Both the position numbers and the translations under genes were made by a program. From Eledone cirrhosa (Eukaryota): 64,000 bases of DNA. The notes beneath the pieces were generated by a model. That model searched no databases and had not been told where the DNA came from. It worked only from the letters and a program-made list of their open reading frames with translations. Of the stretch, positions 14,296-29,566 are shown one piece after another. Where the stretch lies: contig OZ024749.1 in the NCBI GenBank assembly GCA_964016885.1, positions 15,190,001 to 15,254,000 of the forward strand, read 5' to 3'. The stretch's first letter is position 1; every line of letters starts with the position of its first letter.

Positions 14296-14637
14296 GGAGG
14301 CACATGGCTTAGTGGTTAGAGCATTGGCCTTGCAATCGAAAGGTTGTGAGTTCAATTCTCAAACCGGGTGATGTGTTGTTTCCTTGAGCAAGACACTTTA
14401 TTTCACATTGATCCAGTTTCATCAGCTGTAGAAATGAGATGATAGGGACTGGGGTCTCTATCATTCCACTGCAAAGTGGTCGTGGAGGTGCCACGGCTAA
14501 AGAGCACCCAGCACTCACTGTAAATGAGGTTGGTGTTAGGAAGGGCATCCAGCTGTAGAAATCAAGCCAGAATCAGTTCCCGTCCCACCCTTGCAAGCAG
14601 GGAAAAGCGGACGTAAAATGATGATAATGATGATGAT
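14296..14637 (+). mobile_element. SINE family A, short-tail form
   Basis: Full head, core and tail; followed by an RTE C-terminal fragment at 14640-14760 (KTWDEVIKAD). Confidence 0.9.
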
Positions 14638-14909
14638 TGATATGACGTGATGCGTATGAAGGATGGCAGCAATATAAAAAGGTGTAGAGTGCTCAAAGTT
14701 GATGGAAGCTATGGAGTGGGAAGACATAGGAAGACTTGGGATGAGGTGATAAAAGCTGACGTTGCATAATTGCAACTCTCAAAAATGTAATACACACAAA
14801 CATATAAATATACATAGACACACACATAAAATTACACGCGTGCATCTATACGTACATCCATATATAATCTTAAGTAGATTATGCATCAACCACATATACA
14901 CATACATCC

Positions 14910-14940
<31 letters not shown>

Positions 14941-14963
14941 TACATATATATATATACATACAT

Positions 14964-14999
<36 letters not shown>

Positions 15000-15748
15000 G
15001 TCCTGGGTATGACATTAAACTACATCCAGTGGCAAGGCTCCAGTTCAGAAGTTCAGGAGCTGTGGAGTTACCCCCTTAGTTGTTATCACTCCTAGGTCTG
15101 CTCTGGCTCGGAGCAGTAGTACCTGTTAGGGCCCTATTTACAGGTTATATAATTAACTTACTTGAGTGGGGCTGATAAGATATTATCAGCCATTGAAATG
15201 AACCATCTCAGGAATGTTACCCGCCCTAGATATATATATATATATAGATATGTATATATATATATATATAGATATAGATATATATATATATGCTCACATA
15301 CATACAGACAAACACATATATACACACGCTCATGATAATAAACACACGCATATATATATATATACAGTAAGAAAGGACATACATAGATATATTTAACTAT
15401 ATATTTAATTATAAAAATAATAAAAAATAAAAATTAACAACATAAAATATATATATATATATGATAAAAAAAAAAAAAATATGTGTGTGTATATGTATGT
15501 TTTTACATATATATATGTGTATATGTATGTATATACATATATGTGTGTGTTTATGTGTATATGTATGTATGTGCTCCCCAATTTATGTTTCAATCTTGCC
15601 AGTTGTTAGCCAGAGTTTCACACCTTGTTGGCGATGATCATCAGTCTGGTGCCTGCTATCATCACCATTTCATACACACATACACGCGTGCAAGTGTGTA
15701 TGTCATGTGTGTATATATATATGTGTACATGTAAATGCATATATGTGA

Positions 15749-16085
15749 ATCATCATCATCATCATCATCATTTAACGTCCACTTTTCCCTGCTTGCAAGG
15801 GTGGGACGGGAACTGATTCTGGCTTGATTTCTCCAGCTGGATGCCCTTCCTAACACCAACCTCATTTACAGTGAGTGCTGGGTGCTTTTTTGCCATGGCA
15901 CCTCCACGACCACTTTGCAGTGGAATGATAGGGATCCCTGTCTCTATCATCTCATTTCTACAGCTGAGTAAACTGGAGCAATGTGAAATAAAGTGTCTTG
16001 CTCAAGGAAACAACACATCACTCGGTCCGAGAATTGAACTCACAACCTTTCGATTGCAAGGCCAATGCTCTAACCACTAAGCCTC
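15749..16085 (-). mobile_element. SINE family A, short-tail form
   Basis: Reverse complement of the 14296 copy. Confidence 0.9.
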
Positions 16086-16086
16086 A

Positions 16087-16143
<57 letters not shown>

Positions 16144-16454
16144 GTATATATATATATGTATGTATATAAGACACATACATACACGTGTGTATGTATGTAA
16201 ATAAACACATATATTCATATACACGTGTGTGTGTGTGTGTGTGTATATAAACACATTCATATATGTATGTGTGTGTATATCATCACCATCATTAAATGAT
16301 AATGATTATATGACTAACAACCTAGACATTTAAAAAATTTACTCAACACTTCAGTTAAAAACAAAACAAAAGAATGCTGATAAAACTTCTCTCATTTACT
16401 GCTGATTAACACAATATAGTCCACATACACGTGTCTGTGTATATATATATATGG

Positions 16455-18545
16455 TATCATCATCATCATCATCATCGTTTAACGGCCATCTTCCACGCTA
16501 GCATGGGTTTAGACGGGAATTGTCCCACTTGAGGCAAGATTGGTCGTCTCACTCGTATAGGTTGTGTGGCAGGTTTTCTACGGCTGGATGCCCTTCCTAA
16601 CACCAACCACGTTTACAGTGTGGACTGGGAGGTTTTTACCGTGTTACCTACATGGCCACATTACAGCGTGGTGGACTGTGTGTTTTTTTGTCGTGACACC
16701 TACACGATCTCATTTATTTCGGACTGGATGTTGTGGTACCAACATAACTTTACATCAAAAGGGGTGGTGTGGATGAGGTGGGGGTAGTGGGACACGGGTG
16801 TATTTTTGTTAAGTGGTGCCTACTGACTGTAGGTTTTGCTTTGTACTTAGGCAAGGCGGGTCTTCTGTATTACTGTGTAGCGCCAAAGATCTCAGTCCAG
16901 TGACATTGTCTTGGAGAGGTGTAAGTGTGTGAGGTTGGAATTTATCAAGTCGTCCCAGGTTTTTCTGGGTCTGCCTACTCCGTGGCTACTGTCTATTTTT
17001 ATCGCCCTGCACTTTTTATACAGCTGTCATCTTTCATGCCCATCACGTGACCATACCAACGTCGTCTTCTCTCAAGTAAACATCATCTGATCCCTCTTAT
17101 TCCTAATTTCTCAGTTTATTTATGTTTTGCTGTTCGCGTATATTACTATTACACATCCAACGGAGCATGCATGCTTCATTCCTTTCCAATCTGTGCAGAT
17201 CCTCTGCACACAATGCCCATGTTTCACTGCCATGTAACATTGCTGTTCGTATACAGGCATCATACAATCTGCCTTTCAATTTTAGAGAGAAACCTTTTGT
17301 GGCCAACAGCGATATTAGCTCTCTGAACTTATTCCATCCCGTTCTGACTCTGGCTACTGTACTTTCAGAACACCCTCCACCACTGCTGATTTTGTCACCC
17401 AGGTAACAGAAAGTGTCCCCTATTTCTATAGAACCATCTGGGCAATAGAAGGAACTAGTATCCTGTGGGCACTTGCTACTTATTGCACCTGAGCATCGGC
17501 CACATATAAAATCTACGTTCTTAGATAGCTTACCTGTAATCCCACTACATCTTTTATGTACCCATAGTTTGCATTTGGGACATAAAATGGAATTTCTACC
17601 TACTCCTTTCCTACACACTGAGCATGGCCATCTCCCAGAGGGAAGTTAACTTTAAGGCCTTTTGATTCTAGGCCATGCTTCCATGTTTGGAATTTCTTCT
17701 CTAGTTCAGCCATTGATTCAGCCACGAGAGTTAGATCATCTGCATATAGGAGTTCCCATGGGCAGCCGGTCTTAAACTCCTCTGTTATAGCCTGAAGGGC
17801 AATAATAAATAGGATGGGGCTAAGGACAGAGCCTTGATGAACACCAACTTTTACGCTAAATTCTTCACAATATCCATTGTTAATTCTAACCTTACTGACT
17901 GTTTCATTATACATAGCTTGTATAGCTCTCACAAGCCATTCATCTACACCTAGTTTTCTAAGACCCCACCAGATAATAGAACGTGGGACTCTGTCAAAGG
18001 TTTTCTCCAAGTCAACAAAAGCTAAGTAGAGGGGTTTACTTTTAGCTAGGTACTTCTCCTGTAGTTGTCGTACAAGGAAAAGAGCGTCTGTGGTACCTGA
18101 CACAAACCCAAACTGCATTTCATCTAGATCAATTCGCTCTCTGATTAGTTGTGCTATAACTCTTTCTGTGACCTTCATGACCTGGTCATGAAGGTCACTG
18201 CCTCTATAGTTTCCCCTATCTAGAGCATCTCCTTTACCCTTGTAGCAGTTAATGATGCTGCTGCTACGCCAGTCTTTTGGTATGACCCCTTTCTGTATTA
18301 CTTGGTTTACTATCCGGGTGACCATAGTATGTCCCACCATTCCAGATGCTTTCAACATCTCAGTAACTATCTCCGAAGGTCCAGCTGCCTTGCCTCTCTT
18401 CATATCTTTGATTGCCTTACTTATTCCCATTTAACTTGCACCGCTGGTCCCTCTATTGGATCAATTTGGGACAGACTATCTTTTTCCCATTTATTCTCCT
18501 CATTTAGTAGTCTCTCGTAGTGACACTTCCAAGCTACCTTCTTAG
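16455..18545 (-). mobile_element. 5'-truncated RTE-clade LINE (RT pseudogene with PHD-like Zn finger) including 3'UTR
   Basis: ORFs 17600..18430 (NYRG, QFGF, FVDLEKTFDRV, GVHQGSVLSP, LLYADD) and 17103..17618; frameshifts and a deletion; (GAT)n tail at 16455-16476. Confidence 0.9.
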
Positions 18546-19350
18546 GTAGTGATGGGAGATGAGGGTGGGAGATGAGGGTGGGAGATGTGGGTGGGAGATG
18601 GAGAGAGTCAGATGTGGGTGGGAAGATGAGGGCGTTTAGGTGAGGTGTGAGGTGGTTAGATGAGGGTGGGATGTGTGAGGTGGGAAGATGAGGGTGGGAG
18701 ATGGAGTCAATTTCAGAGGGAAAATTGGAAAAATAAAATAAAATCCCTTTGAAACCTGAAGCAAGGACTTGGAATGACGATAACATTTTTTTAAATGATG
18801 TGAAGGGGAAGAAAGAAAGAAAGAGTGAAAGATGAAGGGATGAAGAAATGGGAGGGAAGGAAGGATTGGAGAAGAGAGAAGAAGGAGGGAAGAAGGAAAG
18901 TATGGAGAGGAGGGAAGAAGGAAAGTATGGAGAGATGGAATGAGGAGGAGGAAGGAGGAAGGATCGGGGAATGAAGTAATGGAGGGGGTGGAGAAAAGGA
19001 GGGAAGAGGTGAAAGAGGGAAAATAAAGAGGGGAAGAGAAGAAGGAAAAGAATTGGAAGGGTGAAGAGAAGAAAAAAGGAGGGAGGAGGAAAGAAGGATA
19101 GAGAGAGAAGGAAGGAGAGAGAGAGAGAGAAGGAGAGAGAGAGAGAGAAGGAGAGAGAGAGAGAGAAGGAAGGGAGAGAGAGTGAGTACGGAGAGAGAGA
19201 GTAAGGAGAGAGAGAGAGAGTGAGGAGAGAGAGAGAGAGTGAGGAAAGAGAGAGAGAGGGAGGAAGGAGATACAGAGAGAGACAAGGAAGGAGAGAGAGA
19301 GAGGTAGGAGAGAGAGGTAGGTAGAAGAGAGAGAGAAGAAAGAATGACTG
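18546..19350. repeat. Purine-rich (GA/GGA) low-complexity tract
   Basis: Direct reading. Confidence 0.85.
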
Positions 19351-19411
19351 ACTTCAAAGAACTATTTAATTATGAATGAGGAACAAGAGTAGAAACACAT
19401 GATCCCCACAC

Positions 19412-20030
19412 TCACACACACTACTACCACCACAACATACATCACACACACACACTACTACCATCACAACATACACCACACACACACACTACTACCACCA
19501 CAACATACACCACACACACACACTACTACCACCACACACACACTACTACCACCACAACATACACCACACACACACACTACTACCATCACAACATACACCA
19601 CACACACACACTACTACCACCACAACATACACCACACACACACACTACTACCATCACAACATACACCACACACACACACTACTACCACCACAACATACAC
19701 CACACACACACACTACTACCACCACACACACACTACTACCACCACAACATACACCACACACACACACTACTACCACCACAACATACACCACACACACACT
19801 ACTACCACCACAACATACACCACACACACACACTACTACCACCACAACATACACCACACACACACTACTACCACCACAACATACACCACACACACACACT
19901 ACTACCACCACAACATACACCACACACACACACTACTACCACCACAACATACACCACACACACACACTACTACCACCACAACATACACCACACACACACA
20001 CTACTACCACCACAACATACACCACACACA
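19412..20030. repeat. ~32-34-bp minisatellite (CA)nCTACTACCACCACAACATACAC
   Basis: Direct reading. Confidence 0.9.
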
Positions 20031-21019
20031 CCCACAATACATAGCACAATCACCCACTACTCCCACCATACCCACCAAACACACTACCACCCACTACTCC
20101 CACCATACCCACCAAACACACCACCACCCACTACTCCCACCACACACATCCACCCACAGCCACACCAACCATAGCTACCATATCCACCACACACACACTA
20201 CACACAACCACGACACATACCACAAGCCCCACACCTACTACACACATCCACAACAACCCCGACACACACCACTACTACCACACTGACCACACAAACCACA
20301 ATCACAACACACACAACACCCACCACAACTACCATCACCATACCCTCACACACCACGACACACACCACAACTATCATACCCACCATACTCACCACACACA
20401 GTGCCCCAGCCCTCATCACCAGTGCTTCATGTAATGGTATGAAATCATCAGAGGAAACAACCCCAGAAAAGTTGTAGGACAAAAAAATATTCTGGGACTT
20501 TCCTGAATATCTTTTTAAATGGAGAGTGAGAGAGGGAGAAAGAGAGTGAGAGAGGGAGAAAGGGAGTGAGAGAGTGTGTGAGAGGGAGAGGGAGAGAGAG
20601 AGAGTGTGTGTGTGTGTGTGTGTGTGAGGGAGAGTGTAAGAGAGAGGTCAGGGTCAAAATTACTATCAGAACAGTCAAAGGTCAAGGTCAAGACCAAACT
20701 GTAACTGTGATGGTGTGGAGTACCTCTCTCTCTATATATATATAATGGAGGAAATGTGGTAAGGAACCAGGTGGACCATAACGCATCAAAGTACTCAATA
20801 CTTAGGGTAGTAGAGTGGGTAATAGGAACGAGTAGGACCCCGACGGCTGAGCTCAAGCCGTTTCGACGGCTAATTCTGGACTCCAGAAGCCATGTGCCTA
20901 AGCCATGTGCCTCCATATATATATATAAAAATAAATAAATACAGTGAAGGAGGCAGAGGATTTGATGCAAGAGGTATAAATATATATATATATATATAAA
21001 TATATATTTATATATAAAT

Positions 21020-21086
<67 letters not shown>

Positions 21087-21142
21087 GCTTCTAATTATAT
21101 ATAGTTATATATAGCTTCTAATTCGAATGGAAGGAAATGGGA

Positions 21143-21213
21143 TGTGTATTGGTGTAATGGTAGCACAGTGGTCTGGATAACCAAAGATGTGGGTTCGACT
21201 CCCATGTACGGCA
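21143..21213 (+). tRNA. tRNA-like pseudogene or SINE head embedded in a (TA)n array
   Basis: TGGTGTAATGGTAGCAC D-arm, TGGT-CTGGATA-ACCA anticodon arm, GTGGG-TTCGACT-CCCAT T-arm; imperfect acceptor stem. Confidence 0.55.
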
Positions 21214-21309
21214 ACACTCATCTTTTCCATTTCTCCGAGGGTTATAAACCCTACTATCAGGTTAGAAATTTCTTTAGTCTAAAATACGGTGAAAGCTTAT
21301 AATTTCTAA

Positions 21310-21342
<33 letters not shown>

Positions 21343-21373
21343 ACTATATATATATATATTTATATATAAATAA

Positions 21374-21421
<48 letters not shown>

Positions 21422-21489
21422 TGAAACAAAATGAAAACGAAATTTCATTTCTCACTCTTATATATATATATATATTTATATATAAATAA

Positions 21490-21582
<93 letters not shown>

Positions 21583-21659
21583 AATATAAATATATATATA
21601 TATAAATATATATATATATAAATAAATATATATATATATATATAAATAAATATATATAT

Positions 21660-21696
<37 letters not shown>

Positions 21697-21713
21697 AATA
21701 TATATATATATAA

Positions 21714-21752
<39 letters not shown>

Positions 21753-21822
21753 TATATATAAATAAATATATATATATATATATAAACATATATAAATATA
21801 TATATATATATATAAATATATA

Positions 21823-22290
21823 AGTTGAAATAAAATGAAAACGAAATTTCATTTCTCACTCTTAGTACGGCACTTACTTAAATGTAAGTATGTGTGTATA
21901 CGTACATATATATATGTATACAGACGTACAGTAGCATGCATATATATATATATATACATATATACATATATATACATACAGGTACACATACATATATGCA
22001 CGTATCAGTTTAGCGGACGCTTATTATAACGCCGCTTTGTTCGTTTGTAAACAAACAGAACAGCCTGAATTTTTATGCCGTACGGTGTTAAGGCAACCAC
22101 GTCACCTTTTTGTTCAACACTGACACAGGAACGATGTACTAGTTTCAAGCTTGTTAGCTATCATCAGCACCGTATACCCATCTGCCAGATAGTTGAACGT
22201 TCGAAAGTATATACTTTCCTTATGAAAATTAACGGCTGAGCAGCCTAATATATATGCATGCTACTGTACGTATACACACATACTTACATA
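21823..22290 (-). mobile_element. Non-autonomous PLE pLTR remnant with hammerhead (22130-22175) and inverted terminal segment
   Basis: Minus strand ACGGUG-CUGAUGA-UAGCU-AACA-AGCUU-GAAAC-UA-GUA-CAUCGU; 22250-22290 is the reverse complement of 21882-21945; second copy at 28083-28280. Confidence 0.75.
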
Positions 22291-22291
22291 T

Positions 22292-22359
<68 letters not shown>

Positions 22360-22365
22360 TATATT

Positions 22366-22416
<51 letters not shown>

Positions 22417-22915
22417 ATATATATATATATAAAAATAAATATATATATATATATAAATATATATACTTAGGTTAATAGGAGTTAGGTATTGTATACCCGT
22501 GTCCCATTAAGGTATTGGCAGCATAATAATTAGCTCTATGCTTTGGAGCATAAATATATATATATATATAAATATATATAAATATATATAAATATATAAA
22601 TAAATATATATATATATATATAAATAAATATATATATATATATATAAATATATATATACACAGTTCAAGAGTAACCAATCTTAAAGAGAGAGATTGAGAT
22701 AGTAGAGGAGATATGAGAGGAAAGATTGGTGAGTTAGTTAGAAGCCAAAGCGTAAAGGCATGTGCTCAACATCCTGCTGGACCCTTTTGAGAAAGATCTA
22801 TTCAACTTCGTCAGGAGCATTAAGTTCAAAAAGCATTATAGACACAGGAATAACTTCCTCACTACATTAGCAACAACTATAAAAAAAATTTAAGGATAGC
22901 AACCTCTTACATCTT

Positions 22916-25060
22916 ATGTCTGACAAAACCAAAAATCTATACACCATGACTCCTGAAATTTACAACTTTTTCCTTCTTAAAAAACTCAACAAAAACTATA
23001 AAAAAACTACACCCTCCAGTGTAAACGTACTTAACCGAAAAGCCCAGACTTTGGTTAAGGACTTGCATTTGGATAGATTTACCCACCCTTATGTACCAAC
23101 AACTCCAAGGTTCTCTCTCAAGGACCACAAGCCAAACTTTATAGAGAACCCATCCATTAGACTCATAAGCCCAACCACATCTGACCTCGGCCGCATCAGT
23201 AAGAACATCCTTGATAGGATAATCCCTGGGCTACGGGATAATACTACCTACAAGTTGTGGTCCAACACCGGCCAAGTCATCAGATGGTTCTCCGATCTAA
23301 GGTCCAAGCAATCTATGAGGTTCATCCAATTTGATATAGACAGCTATTATGCGTCAATAACCCCGGAACTGCTCAACAAAGCACTAGCCCTAGCAACCAC
23401 CAACTCGGACATAACCAATAATGAGATTAACATCATACTCATGGCTAGGCAGACTATCATTGAATTCAACAGAGCACTCTGGACTAGAAAAGATAGAACA
23501 GATAACTTTGACATTACGATGGGCTCAAGTGACTCCGTGCAAGTCACCGATTTAGTTGGGATTTACCTATTACGTAACATCAGAGCCGAAATCCAGCCCA
23601 TGCAAGGTGGAATATACAGGGACGACGCCCTATTTGCAGTCCACAATTGCACTAATCGGGGAATCGATTTGCTTAAGAAACAATTTCATAGATTCTTCAA
23701 AAATAACGGTCTCTCTATCGCCATCGAGCTGAACCATAAAGTAGTAAACTTCCTAGATGTCACCCTTGATCTCAACAATAACCTTTATAACCCTTATCAT
23801 AAACCAGGCGAAATACTCACATATATTAGCCCACACTCTAACCACCCACCGGCAGTCATCAGAGCAGTAATCAAATCTATCTCCTATAGGATCTCAATGC
23901 TATCAGCAAATGAAGAGATATTTATAAACCACGCACAATATTATAATAAGGCTCTCTCTGAATCTGGTTATAAACAATCAATTTATTACATACCAAAATA
24001 CCATAACACAGCAACTCACCATAATAAACTTAACACTAGAACTAGAAATACCTTAGCATATAGCCAGATTCGCCGGAATTTTAGCAGTAACAGCACCTAT
24101 ACAGGGAACTTTAATGATGGTAGCGGCCTGCTCCCCACTCCTAGTAGCAAACTAAGAATCAACCCTAGAATAGGAATGAGAAATGGGATGACAAATAACA
24201 AACCCCCAGGTAATAATAACCCTAGGAAGGCCCCTACCAACTCCACTAGAACCCCTAGAAGTAATAGGCCTAGAAATATCACCTGGCTTAACCCACCATT
24301 CTCATCTAATCTAGCCACTAATATCCCCAATCACTTTTTCTCTATCCTATCCAAACACTTCCCCCCTAACCATAGATATTACAAACTCTTTAATAAAAAC
24401 AACATTAAAATATCATTCTCCACTACACCTAACCTAGCTAGCCACATCGCGTTCAGTAACCATCATAAGCTAAGACACTATAACTCCCACACCGCAGTAC
24501 CACCACCCCTATCAAATACACCACACCACTACACCAATAATTACTCTAGTAGCACACCTCCCCCATCTAATCCTTCTAGCACGGACCAACTGCTTAGGTT
24601 AAATAACCCTACTCTCACTAACCGCAGAAGCAACTGCCGGTACCCCAATGCATGCCCATTAAATGGAAACTGCCTGACACCCAACATAGTCTATAGGTGC
24701 ACAGTTGAGACTGCTTCGAATACCAGCTCTTATATCGGGTCTACCTCTAACCCTTTTAAGGTACGCTATAACGCGCACTCTTTTTCCTTCCAAGACCCTA
24801 GCAACAGATGTTCGACATCGCTAGCTAGGCTCATTAAAAACCTTAAATTAAACAAAGTTCAACACTCACTAAAATGGGATATCGTAGCTAGGGCCCAACC
24901 GTTCAATGGACGAAGGAAATCTTGTGATCTCTGTGTTACGGAAGCATATTACATAACTCTATCAAGACCTCTACCAATTAACGATAGAACGGAGGTAACC
25001 ATTAGCTGTCAACATCGAAGGGCTAATTCCTTCGCCAATAGAGTTTTTGACCCAACTTAG
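22916..25060 (+). CDS. Penelope-like element RT plus C-terminal GIY-YIG endonuclease, Hydra-clade-like (714 aa; frame probably extends upstream across an A-run frameshift)
   Basis: LKDHKPNF..RLISP, FIQFDIDSYYASI, FDITMG, GIYRDD, VNFLDVTL, WLNPPF, CRYPNACPLNGNC, NIVYRC..YIGST..R...H, CDLC..E. Upstream DPFEKDLFNFVRSIKF lies in another frame. Confidence 0.9.
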   Translation: MSDKTKNLYTMTPEIYNFFLLKKLNKNYKKTTPSSVNVLNRKAQTLVKDLHLDRFTHPYVPTTPRFSLKDHKPNFIENPSIRLISPTTSDLGRISKNILDRIIPGLRDNTTYKLWSNTGQVIRWFSDLRSKQSMRFIQFDIDSYYASITPELLNKALALATTNSDITNNEINIILMARQTIIEFNRALWTRKDRTDNFDITMGSSDSVQVTDLVGIYLLRNIRAEIQPMQGGIYRDDALFAVHNCTNRGIDLLKKQFHRFFKNNGLSIAIELNHKVVNFLDVTLDLNNNLYNPYHKPGEILTYISPHSNHPPAVIRAVIKSISYRISMLSANEEIFINHAQYYNKALSESGYKQSIYYIPKYHNTATHHNKLNTRTRNTLAYSQIRRNFSSNSTYTGNFNDGSGLLPTPSSKLRINPRIGMRNGMTNNKPPGNNNPRKAPTNSTRTPRSNRPRNITWLNPPFSSNLATNIPNHFFSILSKHFPPNHRYYKLFNKNNIKISFSTTPNLASHIAFSNHHKLRHYNSHTAVPPPLSNTPHHYTNNYSSSTPPPSNPSSTDQLLRLNNPTLTNRRSNCRYPNACPLNGNCLTPNIVYRCTVETASNTSSYIGSTSNPFKVRYNAHSFSFQDPSNRCSTSLARLIKNLKLNKVQHSLKWDIVARAQPFNGRRKSCDLCVTEAYYITLSRPLPINDRTEVTISCQHRRANSFANRVFDPT

Positions 25061-25427
25061 TCATGTAGCCTCATCTCTAATTGTAGCTAATAAGTTAAAT
25101 TGCTATGAACAACTCGATAATTATAAGTTACCTCATCTACATTGTCGCTCAATTAAATAATTTAATTACTAGCACATAACTATAAAATACACACAATCTC
25201 TAATCTCTCTAGAAGTTACTTCCCCTGAAACCACCCTCTAATTCGTAAGGTAAATATGCCCTTTGGCAGCCATCTTGTTACCCATAGGCAGATCTCACAC
25301 ACTGCAGCCTCGACAGATGAGTACTGCATGATTATGGCTGACAGCTGATGAAACAAAGGCACAATAGTAAAAACTAATATATGGAACATTATATTATGTA
25401 ACATTATTTTAATTTATATTCCTTTGA

Positions 25428-25548
25428 GTTCCGATGAGCCATTCTGTTTTTTTAAATATGTTAATTATTTTAAACTGAACCAGATCAATTATGATACATA
25501 GTCATCTGATCCAGAAATATTATACGGAGTAGCGAAACAATTGTAAAC
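25428..25548 (+). ncRNA. Hammerhead-like motif in the 3'UTR of the Hydra-like PLE (U4C core, very long stem II)
   Basis: GUU-CCGAUGA-GCCAUUCUGU...ACGGAGUAGC-GAAAC-AAUU-GUA-AAC. Confidence 0.6.
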
Positions 25549-25906
25549 GGGCATTATTATTATTAATATTATTATTATTCTCTACATTCCTTACATCAAA
25601 CTAAATATGTTGACAATCTTTTAATAATGTCTTCCTTGTGAAATTTGTGGTCTTGTTTTGCTTAACTAATGAATAAATATATATATATTTATAAATATAT
25701 ATATATATAAATATATATATATATAAATATATATATATATAAATATATATATATATAAATATATATATATATAAATATATATATATATAAATATATATAT
25801 ATATAAATATATATATATATAAATATATATATATATAAATATATATATATATAAATATATATATATTTATATATATATATATATAAATATATATATATTT
25901 ATATAT

Positions 25907-25939
<33 letters not shown>

Positions 25940-25950
25940 AATATATATAA

Positions 25951-25981
<31 letters not shown>

Positions 25982-26028
25982 AATATATATATATATAAAT
26001 ATATATATAAATATATATATATATAAAT

Positions 26029-26059
<31 letters not shown>

Positions 26060-26062
26060 AAT

Positions 26063-26093
<31 letters not shown>

Positions 26094-26096
26094 AAT

Positions 26097-26263
<167 letters not shown>

Positions 26264-26264
26264 A

Positions 26265-26307
<43 letters not shown>

Positions 26308-26344
26308 TATATATATATAAATATAAATATATATATATATAAAT

Positions 26345-26435
<91 letters not shown>

Positions 26436-26436
26436 A

Positions 26437-26486
<50 letters not shown>

Positions 26487-26568
26487 TAATATATATATAT
26501 AAATATAAATATATATATATATAAATATATATATATAAATAAATATATATATATAAATAAATATATAT

Positions 26569-26601
<33 letters not shown>

Positions 26602-26610
26602 AATATATAA

Positions 26611-26688
<78 letters not shown>

Positions 26689-26689
26689 T

Positions 26690-26785
26690 ATAGTTTTGCA
26701 AGGTTTTTTATATGAAACCGTGTGTCGAGACAAATATTGTTATACTTGGGGAGGGTCATATTCTGTAATAATGCCAGAATTAATA
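26690..26785 (-). mobile_element. ~95-bp terminal tail of a diverged relative of the 1210-aa PLE
   Basis: Encodes [23 protein letters not shown] versus [23 protein letters not shown]; flanked by TA. Confidence 0.85.
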
Positions 26786-26799
26786 ATATATATATAAAT

Positions 26800-26830
<31 letters not shown>

Positions 26831-26861
26831 AATGTATATATATATATATATAAATGTATAT

Positions 26862-26892
<31 letters not shown>

Positions 26893-26901
26893 AATGTATA
26901 T

Positions 26902-26932
<31 letters not shown>

Positions 26933-26935
26933 AAT

Positions 26936-26966
<31 letters not shown>

Positions 26967-27440
26967 AATATATATATATATAAATGTATATATATATATA
27001 TATATAAATGTATATATATATAAATGTATATATATATATATAAATGTATATATATATATAAATGTATATATATATATAAATGTATATATATATATAAATG
27101 TATATATATATATATATAAATGTATGAAATATGAAATATAAGAATCAAAGAACTGTTCAAAACATTATTGTGCTTACAGCTTTCCTCCAAACCGAGGTTT
27201 GGGTTCTTCGGACCAATTTATTAATGCATGGACAGTTATATGACCTCCTTTTCAGCCGAGAGACATACCAATACATATTCAAACATTGATACATATTGAT
27301 ATTGATACATAAATGTATATATATATATATAAATGTATATATATATATAAATGTATATATATATATAAATGTATATATATATATATATATATAAATATAT
27401 ATATATATAAATATAAATATATATATATATAAATATAAAT

Positions 27441-27471
<31 letters not shown>

Positions 27472-27556
27472 AATGTATATATATAAATATAAATGTATAT
27501 ATATATATATAAATGTATATATATATAAATATATATATATATATAAATATATATAA

Positions 27557-27591
<35 letters not shown>

Positions 27592-27686
27592 AATATATAA
27601 ATATAAATATATATATATATAAATATATATATATAAATATAAATAAATATAAATATATAAATATATATAAATATATATAAATATAA

Positions 27687-27717
<31 letters not shown>

Positions 27718-27787
27718 AATATAAATATATATAAATATAAATAAATATATATATAAATATATATATATATATAAATATATATATATG

Positions 27788-27897
<110 letters not shown>

Positions 27898-27996
27898 TAA
27901 ATATATATATATAAATATATATATAAATATAAATATATATATATAAATATATATATATAAATATATATAAATATATATATATAAATATATATAAAT

Positions 27997-28048
<52 letters not shown>

Positions 28049-28082
28049 ATATTTATATAGATATATTTATATATATATTTAT

Positions 28083-28276
28083 ATACGGTGCTGACGATAG
28101 CTAACAAGCTTGAAACTAGTATATCGTTCCTGTGTCAGTGTTGAACAAAAAGGTGACGTGGTTGCCTAAACACTGTACGGCGTAAATCAGGCTGTTCGTT
28201 TGTTTACAAACGGACAAAGCGAACATTATAATAAATGTTCGGTAAACTGATACATGCATATATATATGTGTGCCTG

Positions 28277-28280
<4 letters not shown>
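28083..28280 (+). mobile_element. PLE pLTR remnant with hammerhead (CUGACGA core)
   Basis: Diverged reverse complement of ~21975-22175; ACGGUG-CUGACGA-UAGCU..AGCUU-GAAAC-UA-GUA-UAUCGU. Confidence 0.75.
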
Positions 28281-28318
<38 letters not shown>

Positions 28319-28329
28319 TATATCTATAC

Positions 28330-28472
<143 letters not shown>

Positions 28473-28781
28473 TATACATATACATATATATATCTATACA
28501 TATATATCTATACATATATATCATCATCATCATCATCATTTTACGTCATATATATATAGATATGTATATATATATATATACATACATATATATACATATA
28601 CATATCTATATATATACACATATATATACATATACATATATATATATACATATATATACATATACATATATATATATACATATATATACATATACATATA
28701 TATATATACATATATACATATATATATACATATATATACATATATACATATATATATATACATATATATACATATATATAC

Positions 28782-28820
<39 letters not shown>

Positions 28821-28875
28821 CATATATACATATATATATATACATATATACATATATATATATACATATATATAC

Positions 28876-28998
<123 letters not shown>

Positions 28999-29023
28999 CA
29001 TATATATACATATATATATATAA

Positions 29024-29092
<69 letters not shown>

Positions 29093-29129
29093 CATATATA
29101 TACATATATATATATAAATATATATATAC

Positions 29130-29180
<51 letters not shown>

Positions 29181-29189
29181 CATATATAC

Positions 29190-29372
<183 letters not shown>

Positions 29373-29517
29373 CATATACACATATACACACATATATATA
29401 TACATATATATATATATACACATATACACACATATATATATATATATATATATACATATATATATACATATACACACATATATATATATATATATATATA
29501 CATATATATATACATAT

Positions 29518-29566
<49 letters not shown>

